The position numbers and the translations under genes are program-made. 38,432 nt of DNA, taken from positions 1-38,432 of the IMG/VR virus record IMGVR_UViG_3300045988_091866; one strand, written 5' to 3'. The notes under the pieces were generated by a model. That model had not been told where the DNA came from and searched no databases. It saw only the letters and a list, made by a program, of their open reading frames with translations. Shown here piece by piece: positions 1 to 5,845 of the stretch (positions are counted from its first letter, which is position 1; every line of letters starts with the position of its first letter). The DNA comes from a virus.

Positions 1-99
1 CTTTTTTTTCTTGTTGCAGCAGGTATAATAATAATGCTTTTCTCCATTACGTGATGTTCCGGAGTCGCCGAACAAGGATGCACCGCACTGTGCGCAAAC
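1..99. repeat. Terminal redundancy, copy 1 of an exact 99-bp direct repeat (identical to 38334..38432); circular-closure overlap
   Basis: Read directly: cttttttttcttgttgcagcagg...gcaccgcactgtgcgcaaac is identical base for base at both window ends, and it lies inside the integrase reading frame. Confidence 0.95.
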
Positions 100-921
100 A
101 AGCTTCCCTGTTAAAACAAAACTGTCACCTTTTCTTTTTGTCATTTTTTTAAGCTCCCTTCTTTCTTGAATTGCGTTATATTCTTCCAAACTGATTATCG
201 CCGGGATCATATTATCTATATATTGACCTTTAAATTTATAGGCCCCGGCATTACAGCGGTTATCAAGCATAGACGTAATATTGATTTCTGTGAAAGGTTT
301 TCCCTTATGCCAGCGCCAACCTCTGCGATTGAAATCTCGCTTTATAGCAGCAATAGTCTTTCCTTGCAAATACTGATCTTTAGCTTCTCGGATGATCATG
401 GCTTCCTCGGGTACGATTTCCGGCCTGCCATCGGCACCAGTACGATGCCCGAACTTACGTTGACCACCGTTACTCTTGCCTTTCAAAGCATTGTTGTCCA
501 TTCCGCGCCTGACCTTCTGGCTCAGCTCCAGAGAGTAATATTCAGCCATGCCTTCCAGGACGGATTCAAGGATGACAGATTCCGGATTGTCAGATAGGTT
601 CTCCATAGCTGACAATAGTCTTATGTTATTTTTCTTCAAGCGCGCTTTAAGTGTGGCGCTGTCATAGCGGTTGCGTGCGAAGCGATCCAGCCGATAGACG
701 ATAACTACATCCACCTGCTTTCGATCGCAGTCATAGAGCATGCGCTGCAGCTCTGGACGGTTCTCTGCGTGCTTCCCGGAGATCGCCTTGTCAGCGTAGG
801 TGCCAACAATTTCGATATTGTTTCGTTTTGCATAATCTTCAATGATCGCGATCTGCTGCTCAATAGATTCACTTTTCTGGCTCGCTGATGAGTAGCGAGC
901 ATAGATATAACCTCTTTGCAT
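1..921 (-). CDS. Large serine recombinase (phage integrase), N-terminal 307 codons; the ORF runs off the left edge and continues at 38333..37701 through the overlap
   Basis: My own minus-strand translation from ATG 921 gives MQRGYIYARYSSASQKSESIEQQIAIIEDYAKRNNIEIVGTYADKAISGKHAENRPELQRMLYDCDRKQVDVVIVYRLDRFARN..., a resolvase catalytic domain with the Y-x-R-x-S-x3-Q serine motif. This is followed by a recombinase domain and the start of a CxxC zinc ribbon. AAGGAGG sits at 931-937, 9 nt upstream. The ORF is missing from the ORF track because it has no stop on this side of the window. Confidence 0.92.
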   Translation of the reverse strand, partial: MQRGYIYARYSSASQKSESIEQQIAIIEDYAKRNNIEIVGTYADKAISGKHAENRPELQRMLYDCDRKQVDVVIVYRLDRFARNRYDSATLKARLKKNNIRLLSAMENLSDNPESVILESVLEGMAEYYSLELSQKVRRGMDNNALKGKSNGGQRKFGHRTGADGRPEIVPEEAMIIREAKDQYLQGKTIAAIKRDFNRRGWRWHKGKPFTEINITSMLDNRCNAGAYKFKGQYIDNMIPAIISLEEYNAIQERRELKKMTKRKGDSFVLTGKLVCAQCGASLFGDSGTSRNGEKHYYYTCCNKKKK

Positions 922-949
922 TTTGTTCGGCCTCCTTGTATAATAGAGG

Positions 950-987
950 CATAGAAAAAGCATTGTCCGCACGACAATTTTTCTATG
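950..987. repeat. 38-bp inverted repeat (10-bp perfect arms CATAGAAAAA / TTTTTCTATG around an 18-bp centre containing ATTGTC..GACAAT) just upstream of the integrase start; candidate attP core or int regulatory hairpin
   Basis: Read directly in the 130-bp gap between the integrase start (921) and the lipoprotein stop (1051). Confidence 0.4.
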
Positions 988-1050
988 CAGTGGATCCTTG
1001 TTGGTAGCTCGGATCTTATTCCCTGGCTGTTGGTAGCAGCTGGGGCTTTT

Positions 1051-1530
1051 TTAATTAAATAAATTTGAAAGTTCTTCCGGGATATCTAATCCTGTAATTG
1101 CAAATCCCTCTGAATTAAAGGTTGCTGGAACATTTCCGTAGCCCTCTAGACTAACAGTATTTGATTCAATACCAGATTTGTAAGCATCTGACGTTTTATC
1201 AAATTGATATATTTCAATATTACCTACAGATGTTTTATATTTGTAACCTTCAACAGCACCTATTAACTCAGCCCCCATGCGGACTTCTTCATCGATACTA
1301 TATCCAGCATTTAGAATTTCATTTTTAAACTGAATAAAGGATGCTATTGATTTTGAGCTTACATCTTGTATTGGCTCCGATGTTGGCTTAGATGTTGGAT
1401 CGGGACTTGCTGGTTCCGAAACAGGAGTCTGCTCAGGTGTACTGCTGGGACTGTTTTTTGGTTCTTCCTTAGCTGTGCATGCGGATAACAAAAGTAATAC
1501 GGCAAGAACTAGAGCAGTCGGTTTTTTCAT
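1051..1530 (-). CDS. Secreted lipoprotein of unknown function (candidate superinfection-exclusion or lysogenic-conversion protein)
   Basis: The N-terminus MKKPTALVLAVLLLLSAC is a signal peptide with an L-S-A-C lipobox, followed by a Pro/Ser/Thr-rich linker. The RBS is GAGGAGGG. It sits between int and the repressor on the same strand. Confidence 0.85.
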   Translation of the reverse strand: MKKPTALVLAVLLLLSACTAKEEPKNSPSSTPEQTPVSEPASPDPTSKPTSEPIQDVSSKSIASFIQFKNEILNAGYSIDEEVRMGAELIGAVEGYKYKTSVGNIEIYQFDKTSDAYKSGIESNTVSLEGYGNVPATFNSEGFAITGLDIPEELSNLFN

Positions 1531-1577
1531 AAATATTCCCTCCTCTTAAATATGTACATGCTTAATTGCATAGACGA

Positions 1578-2303
1578 TTATTTCATCACTCCGATAACTC
1601 TTCCGACGCAGCGGAAATCACTGTATTCTGATGGGATGATGTCTGGATATTTTGGATTATGGGAAATCAATCGATCTTCCCCGAATTCTTTAACATAGGA
1701 CTGACCGTCGATGATGAAAATACCAATTTCGCCGACATTGACAGACTCAGTGTGCTGCACAAGCAGCTTATCTCCATCAGAGAACGTCGGATCCATTGAA
1801 TCGCCGTCGACGTTTATCACATAATCTGATTTACGATTTTTTGGCGTGTCAGGCAGCATGATTTCAGATGCGTCCATGCCATCAATTAAGTATTCGCCGT
1901 ACCCTGCTGACGCACCTTGAGAGTAGTAGACTCTTGGAATATAAGTCATAGGTTCCTCAGCAATTTCGGCTTCGTAATTGCAGCGTTCATATTCTATATC
2001 TAATACAGAATTTACTGCTTTCTTTCCGTACGCATCAAGCGCACGGAGTTTTTTTATGTGTTCCTGCTCAGAGATAGTGCATTGAAACTCAGAATTACCA
2101 TAATAGTCAAGCAAATATGAAGCGGATACTTTTAGCACTTCGCACAATTTGATTATTTTTTCAGCGTCAGGCTTATTTAAATCACGTTCCCAATTGCTAA
2201 TTACACCGGATGATGCTTTTACTTCTATCAAATTAGCTAGCTCAGCTTGAGATATTCCGAGATTTTCTCTAGCTTTTTTTATGCGCTCACCAAGAGTGTT
2301 CAT
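1578..2303 (-). CDS. CI/LexA-like phage repressor: N-terminal XRE-type HTH plus C-terminal S24 peptidase (autocleavage) domain
   Basis: MNTLGERIKKARENLGISQAELANL... is an HTH and ...VDGDSMDPTF... is the S24 Ser motif. ATG 2303 is preceded by AAGGAGG (2311-2317). The 59 codons further upstream in the 300-aa track ORF run through the promoter region. Confidence 0.9.
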   Translation of the reverse strand: MNTLGERIKKARENLGISQAELANLIEVKASSGVISNWERDLNKPDAEKIIKLCEVLKVSASYLLDYYGNSEFQCTISEQEHIKKLRALDAYGKKAVNSVLDIEYERCNYEAEIAEEPMTYIPRVYYSQGASAGYGEYLIDGMDASEIMLPDTPKNRKSDYVINVDGDSMDPTFSDGDKLLVQHTESVNVGEIGIFIIDGQSYVKEFGEDRLISHNPKYPDIIPSEYSDFRCVGRVIGVMK

Positions 2304-2324
2304 ACAATTCCTCCTTTTGACTAG

Positions 2325-2353
2325 ATTATATAGAAAAAAACATATTAAATCAA
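2325..2353 (-). promoter_or_regulatory. Leftward sigma-A-type promoter for the repressor operon: -35 TTGATT, 17-nt spacer, -10 TATAAT
   Basis: The minus strand reads ttgatt-taatatgtttttttcta-tataat. The -10 is at 2325-2330 and the -35 at 2348-2353. Confidence 0.6.
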
Positions 2354-2394
2354 GAAAATCTGGATTTTGATATGAGAAATTCTCGAAATTAATG

Positions 2395-2423
2395 TTGACT
2401 ATCGTGAAAAACACGTTTATACT
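2395..2423 (+). promoter_or_regulatory. Rightward early promoter for cro: -35 TTGACT, 17-nt spacer, -10 TATACT
   Basis: ttgact-atcgtgaaaaacacgtt-tatact. It is flanked by the palindromes GAGAAaTTCTC (2374-2384) and TCGAGaaataCTCGA (2432-2446), and by inverted TTCGAGAA copies at 2380-2387 and 2431-2438. Confidence 0.6.
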
Positions 2424-2466
2424 GTAATTGTTCGAGAAATACTCGACACGAAAGGAGGAGTTATGA

Positions 2467-2697
2467 ATGTCAGTAAACAAAAAGGTGAAAAGTCTATTGC
2501 AACAAAATGGCAGAACTCAAAAATGGACTATTCAGAAAATGAATGAGATTGATCCAACACTAGGAATGGATAGATGCAAAATGAGTGCCATTATAAACGA
2601 AACTAGGAAAATGACTGGTGATGAATTATTGGCGTTTTGCATGGCACTCAAGATAAGCCCTGATGAATTCGTTTCAAATGAAAAGAGGCTAACGTAA
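2467..2697 (+). CDS. Cro-like small HTH regulator
   Basis: A 76-aa ORF divergent from the repressor, with RBS AAAGGAGGAG 6 nt upstream. It has an HTH-like segment ...MSAIINETRKMTGDELLAFCMAL... Confidence 0.75.
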   Translation: MSVNKKVKSLLQQNGRTQKWTIQKMNEIDPTLGMDRCKMSAIINETRKMTGDELLAFCMALKISPDEFVSNEKRLT

Positions 2698-2709
2698 AGA
2701 AGGTGGAAA

Positions 2710-2874
2710 ATGAATAAGTGGAAGAAGTGTATTGATGGATTTAAATTGTATTGGAAAAGTTTTGTTACTCTGCTTTTTACAGATTGTCAGTTCCAGATAG
2801 GGTTTAGTATTAGCCTTATTTCATTAATCTTTTCAATAATCGTGTTAATCTTCATATTTATCAAAAAAATGTAA
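2710..2874 (+). CDS. Small (54 aa) membrane protein, unknown function
   Basis: My translation is MNKWKKCIDGFKLYWKSFVTLLFTDCQFQIGFSISLISLIFSIIVLIFIFIKKM, with RBS GAAGGTGG. It is below the ORF-track length cut-off. Confidence 0.45.
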   Translation: MNKWKKCIDGFKLYWKSFVTLLFTDCQFQIGFSISLISLIFSIIVLIFIFIKKM

Positions 2875-3202
2875 AGTACAACGATATTGCAGAGATAAGT
2901 ATGGCAATGATCGAGATTATGACTGGAATCCAAAATTTTATCCATTCGTTTCTTTTATTTGAAAAGTAATCTTTTCCAAAGCTAGTAAGACCATAAACGG
3001 GATTCGTTCCAACAAGCTGATTTCCAATGGCGACTGCATTAGTGAATTGTTTGTAACAAAGTTTTATATCGACAAGGTAATCCAATTCAGCGTGGAGTTG
3101 ATCTTCTTTGAGATTCAAGGCATCTGCAATTTCTTGAGATGACTTTGACTCATCTTTTAACAATTTGATAAGCTGCTTCATTAATTTTTTCTCATGATTC
3201 AT
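2861..3202 (-). CDS. Tail-anchored membrane protein with a winged-helix-like N-terminus (113 aa), unknown function
   Basis: MNHEKKLMKQLIKLLKDESKSSQEIADALNL...WIKFWIPVIISIIAILISAISLYFTFF. ATG 3202 is preceded by AAGAGGTG and an extended -10. The upstream 105 codons of the 218-aa track ORF start at a TTG with no RBS. Confidence 0.7.
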   Translation of the reverse strand: MNHEKKLMKQLIKLLKDESKSSQEIADALNLKEDQLHAELDYLVDIKLCYKQFTNAVAIGNQLVGTNPVYGLTSFGKDYFSNKRNEWIKFWIPVIISIIAILISAISLYFTFF

Positions 3203-3221
3203 AACTACACCTCTTAATTCC

Positions 3222-3230
3222 ATTATATCA
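3222..3230 (-). promoter_or_regulatory. Extended -10 promoter element (TGATATAAT) for the 113-aa gene
   Basis: The minus strand reads cttGAtataatggaattaagaggtgtagttATG. Confidence 0.5.
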
Positions 3231-3257
3231 AGAAAATCTGACAGAATCGCCCTAAAT

Positions 3258-3290
3258 GTAACACCGAATGATTTATTTAAGACAGATTGA
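3258..3290. repeat. 33-bp direct repeat, copy A (29/33 identical to 3508..3540)
   Basis: gtaacaccgaatgatttatttaagacagattga versus gtaactccaaacgatttattcaagacagattga, at an offset of exactly 250 bp. Confidence 0.9.
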
Positions 3291-3332
3291 AGTACCAGTA
3301 CCGAAGCGAAAGGATAAGGAGTGTGAACAAGT

Positions 3333-3506
3333 ATGATCGATTTATTAATCGGATTAACCGGATTTCTTATGTTCTCAAGTTGGCTACTTCTGATTTTTAA
3401 CAAAAACCTCATGTGGCCAGAGCCTAATGACAATTCGGTATTATTCGAAGTATCTGTCCTGATCGGATCTTCATTGCTGTTTATTCTGTTTGGTTCTATT
3501 AGATAG
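3333..3506 (+). CDS. Small (57 aa) two-TM hydrophobic peptide, antisense to the leftward island; toxin-like or holin-like
   Basis: My translation is MIDLLIGLTGFLMFSSWLLLIFNKNLMWPEPNDNSVLFEVSVLIGSSLLFILFGSIR, with a strong RBS AAGGATAAGGAGTG. It is bracketed by the 33-bp repeats. Confidence 0.5.
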   Translation: MIDLLIGLTGFLMFSSWLLLIFNKNLMWPEPNDNSVLFEVSVLIGSSLLFILFGSIR

Positions 3507-3507
3507 C

Positions 3508-3540
3508 GTAACTCCAAACGATTTATTCAAGACAGATTGA
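3508..3540. repeat. 33-bp direct repeat, copy B
   Basis: See copy A. It is followed by the perfect 12-bp palindrome GGAATTAATTCC (3544-3555). Confidence 0.9.
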
Positions 3541-3570
3541 TTAGGAATTAATTCCATAGCCAACGCCGCA

Positions 3571-3600
3571 CAAAAAAAGGAAGTCTAAATAAGACTTCCT
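3571..3600 (-). terminator. Rho-independent terminator for the 155-aa gene (9-bp stem AGGAAGTCT/AGACTTCCT, 5-nt loop, U-run on the minus strand)
   Basis: The stem is 3578-3586/3592-3600 and the A7 run at 3572-3578 gives U7 on the minus-strand RNA. It overlaps the last codons of the gene. Confidence 0.7.
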
Positions 3601-4052
3601 AAGAGTTGAATAAAAGCAACGATGTAAGGAATCCAATCAGGAACTAAAGCCATTAAACTGATGAGTCGGTCTAAAGAAATGAAATGTGAAGTTACTTTCT
3701 TTGTTCCATCAGTTTGGTAAAAGTAGTTGATTGTAACATTGGCATAATTATTCAAGGTAATGTGTGGCGGTGCGTTCGGCAGAGATTTGCATAGGGTTTC
3801 AAGTTCACTTGTGCGAAGTAATTCTTGAAATTCAAAATGTTGATGAAGATGTTGCTCAGCTGAAAAAGTTTCCCAAGTTTTTAAGGCGATGAAGGCTAAG
3901 CGCCGTATAAGCTTGAGAATAGCGCTTTGTTGAATCTTTAGAGCGTCAGAAGCAAGGTCTGATAACGCTTGAGCTTGAGCAACTATATCCTCAGAAAAGC
4001 TAAGCATATCTCTGTCGTTTGCAATACGCAATTTAAGTGATGCACTTTCCAT
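3585..4052 (-). CDS. Hypothetical protein (155 aa): helical N-terminal part and a hydrophobic C-terminal tail anchor
   Basis: MESASLKLRIANDRDMLSFSEDIVAQAQAL...LISLMALVPDWIPYIVAFIQLLGSLI. AGGAGG lies 8 nt before ATG 4052; the track start at 4061 is a GTG inside the RBS. A TATAAT is at 4078-4083 on the minus strand. Confidence 0.75.
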   Translation of the reverse strand: MESASLKLRIANDRDMLSFSEDIVAQAQALSDLASDALKIQQSAILKLIRRLAFIALKTWETFSAEQHLHQHFEFQELLRTSELETLCKSLPNAPPHITLNNYANVTINYFYQTDGTKKVTSHFISLDRLISLMALVPDWIPYIVAFIQLLGSLI

Positions 4053-4161
4053 AATTTTCACCTCCTTTCTGTATTTGATTATACAGCAAGATGAGTGAAT
4101 GTGTGGCGCTGGCTATGGAGTAGTTTTTGACAACTTAAATGAAAGGAGCGAGGTGAATTAG

Positions 4162-4521
4162 ATGAAATGGAATGGCATAGTGAATGGTTTACCGGCTAAG
4201 CATTTAACGATAGACACGGAAAAAGAAACCTTCTTGATTGATGGTAAGGATTTCTCAAAGGGGTGCTTGAATTTGACGCTTAGACTAAAAGCTGGAAAAT
4301 TTCTGCTTGAAATTAACACCAAAGAGAACAATGGAATCAACGATCTAAAAGAGCTTGCTACTCCTCTGCAGAAATGGCTGGCAAGTAATTATGATCCGAT
4401 GTGCTGCATTGTGGTGCAGGCTGATCGGGTTGAAGTGCTTAGATCTGAAATGTCGATACCTGCAGAAGTAGTAGAAATTCACGAACACTGGATTAACATG
4501 GATGACCGGGAAGCGAGGTGA
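4162..4521 (+). CDS. Hypothetical early protein (119 aa)
   Basis: The ORF has RBS AAAGGAGCGAGGTG and is the first gene of the rightward early block. Confidence 0.75.
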   Translation: MKWNGIVNGLPAKHLTIDTEKETFLIDGKDFSKGCLNLTLRLKAGKFLLEINTKENNGINDLKELATPLQKWLASNYDPMCCIVVQADRVEVLRSEMSIPAEVVEIHEHWINMDDREAR

Positions 4522-4693
4522 TGATGTGGAACAAACCAACGAGGCTGTTTATGACGGATTGGCGCGAGCGCTTGCGGAAGCAATAAGGCGCTTCTACGCG
4601 GATCCAGCAAATGAGGCTGAATTCCAAGAATGGCTCAAACAAAAAAAGGAACCCTCGGCGAGCTTGGCGGCAACCGAGAGTTCAACAAGATGA
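4502..4693 (+). CDS. Hypothetical early protein (about 55-63 aa; start uncertain, GTG 4526 also possible)
   Basis: The ORF overlaps the end of the previous gene and is followed by a hairpin. Confidence 0.55.
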   Translation: MTGKRGDDVEQTNEAVYDGLARALAEAIRRFYADPANEAEFQEWLKQKKEPSASLAATESSTR

Positions 4694-4724
4694 TCTTATT
4701 GGATTGAGATCATCTCTATTTTAT
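4688..4724 (+). terminator. Candidate terminator or attenuator hairpin (9-bp stem AGATGATCT/AGATCATCT, 10-nt loop, then CTATTTTAT)
   Basis: Read directly; the T-tract is short and interrupted. Confidence 0.4.
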
Positions 4725-4761
4725 CACAAGCAATCAAGCTTGTGAAGGAAGGGAGAAATAA

Positions 4762-4941
4762 ATGACAATAACAAACGAAGCAGCTCGCGCTTATGCAGCA
4801 ATCGCCGCACAGAACATCGGCATCAAGGTAGATGATATCATGCTCCTTGTCGATGAAATGATGTATCTAATGGACGTTTATACAGAGGCAGAGATCCTTG
4901 CCAAAATGCGCAAATTGATCGGCCAGGACGGAACAAAATGA
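4762..4941 (+). CDS. Hypothetical protein (59 aa), paralogous to both halves of the next ORF
   Basis: My translation is MTITNEAARAYAAIAAQNIGIKVDDIMLLVDEMMYLMDVYTEAEILAKMRKLIGQDGTK, with RBS GGAAGGGAG. There is an ATGA overlap with the next gene. Confidence 0.6.
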   Translation: MTITNEAARAYAAIAAQNIGIKVDDIMLLVDEMMYLMDVYTEAEILAKMRKLIGQDGTK

Positions 4942-5321
4942 ATTACGAAGAGATGTGCGCCCTTGCGGCAGTGGCCTTATGTCGGATCCCAGTGAGTAAA
5001 AGAACGACCGACTATGAAAGTATAACGAGAAATCTGTGCGAAAACATGATTAAACTGATGCCACGTATGACAGGATCAGAGCTTATCAAGTGCGCTGATG
5101 CCGCCATAAACAAGGGGCGGACAGGTGAGAAAATGGTCAGCAAAAAAGTTGCTCAGGATTACGCGGCCGTAGCCTTGACAGCGGTGCCTGAACAGCTTAG
5201 GGAGACTGATCTGATGTATGCAATCAATTTGTATGACCAGATGGACAAGCTCATGCAAGAATACACGCCTGCACAGATTCGGGCGCAGGCGCTGGAACTG
5301 CTAGATGGAGAGGTGTACTGA
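4938..5321 (+). CDS. Hypothetical protein (127 aa) made of two copies of the same ~55-aa helical domain
   Basis: The C-half VAQDYAAVALTAVPEQLRETDLMYAINLYDQMDKLMQEYTPAQIRAQALELL aligns by eye with the 59-aa ORF. Confidence 0.75.
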   Translation: MNYEEMCALAAVALCRIPVSKRTTDYESITRNLCENMIKLMPRMTGSELIKCADAAINKGRTGEKMVSKKVAQDYAAVALTAVPEQLRETDLMYAINLYDQMDKLMQEYTPAQIRAQALELLDGEVY

Positions 5322-5842
5322 TGCGCAGGCTTAGACGCCCGGCCCTGGTAGTCATCACGGCTGCGCTGACTGCCGGCGTGACGCTCAACCTGCCGGCAGC
5401 TGATGCCGAGACACCAGTACGGCAGACGGTGACCGTGATCGATCTCTATCAGCCTGATACGCCGGCTTATACAGCCGACATGGACGTCAGCTGGCATGAG
5501 TGGCAACCGATCGCCAAGGCGGCCGGGGTTGTCCCGGTGGCGCTGCTGGAGCTGGCCGAGGAGTACAATATCAGCCCAGTCTACGCCGCGGCGGTGTTTG
5601 TACTTGAAACCGGCTGGGGATCATCGTCAGTCTGGCTGACCAAGCACAATCCCGCCGGGATCCGGTGCGGATCTAGGTACTGCAGATACAGCACAGCTGC
5701 AGATGGGCTTAGACGGATGTTTGAGATCATGGCCGACTACTACGGCAACGGCCTGACCACGGTAGCACAGCAGCGCTCGCTGTGGTCGGAGGCTGATGAT
5801 ACAGAAAAGATAGTCCAGCTCATGGAGCAGCTGGCTGAGTAG
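5321..5842 (+). CDS. Secreted glucosaminidase/FlgJ-like peptidoglycan hydrolase domain protein
   Basis: The signal peptide is MRRLRRPALVVITAALTAGVTLNLPAADA. ...AAAVFVLETGWGSSSVWLTKHNPAGIRCG... matches the E-[ST]-G-W-G ... N-x-x-G-I pattern of the mannosyl-glycoprotein endo-beta-N-acetylglucosaminidase family. Confidence 0.65.
   Translation: MRRLRRPALVVITAALTAGVTLNLPAADAETPVRQTVTVIDLYQPDTPAYTADMDVSWHEWQPIAKAAGVVPVALLELAEEYNISPVYAAAVFVLETGWGSSSVWLTKHNPAGIRCGSRYCRYSTAADGLRRMFEIMADYYGNGLTTVAQQRSLWSEADDTEKIVQLMEQLAE
5815..5835. repeat. 21-bp exact direct repeat, left copy (CCAGCTCATGGAGCAGCTGGC); candidate attL-type core
   Basis: It is identical to 7521-7541 and has internal dyad CCAGCT-N8-AGCTGG. 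Confidence 0.9.
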
Positions 5843-5845
5843 CTT

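Noticed and set aside
1-99. Terminal 99-bp repeats as attL/attR or as phage direct terminal repeats
   Set aside because: The repeat is internal to a continuous integrase coding frame and is exactly 99 nt long. A circular-assembly overlap explains it better than att sites or physical DTRs.
166-597. 143-aa plus-strand ORF at the left end
   Set aside because: It lies entirely antisense to the serine-recombinase reading frame (1..921, minus strand). That frame has clear resolvase/recombinase motifs and a strong RBS. This ORF has no RBS and its composition looks like junk.
705-977. 90-aa minus-strand ORF
   Set aside because: It is out of frame with, and nested in, the integrase N-terminus. Its 5' end runs through the integrase RBS and the 38-bp inverted repeat.
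2304-2480. N-terminal 59-codon extension of the repressor ORF (300-aa version)
   Set aside because: The extension covers the divergent promoter region and overlaps the cro start. The internal ATG 2303 has a perfect AAGGAGG, and the HTH begins right after it.
3203-3517. N-terminal 105-codon extension giving a 218-aa ORF
   Set aside because: It starts at a TTG without an RBS. An extended -10 and a strong RBS sit just before the internal ATG 3202, and a well-signalled small ORF lies on the opposite strand. However, the 33-bp repeat in this stretch shows codon-phase substitutions (see findings).
4125-4130. TTGACA hexamer upstream of the 4162 ORF as an early promoter
   Set aside because: There is no acceptable -10 element at 16-19 nt spacing, and the start codon is only 32 nt downstream.
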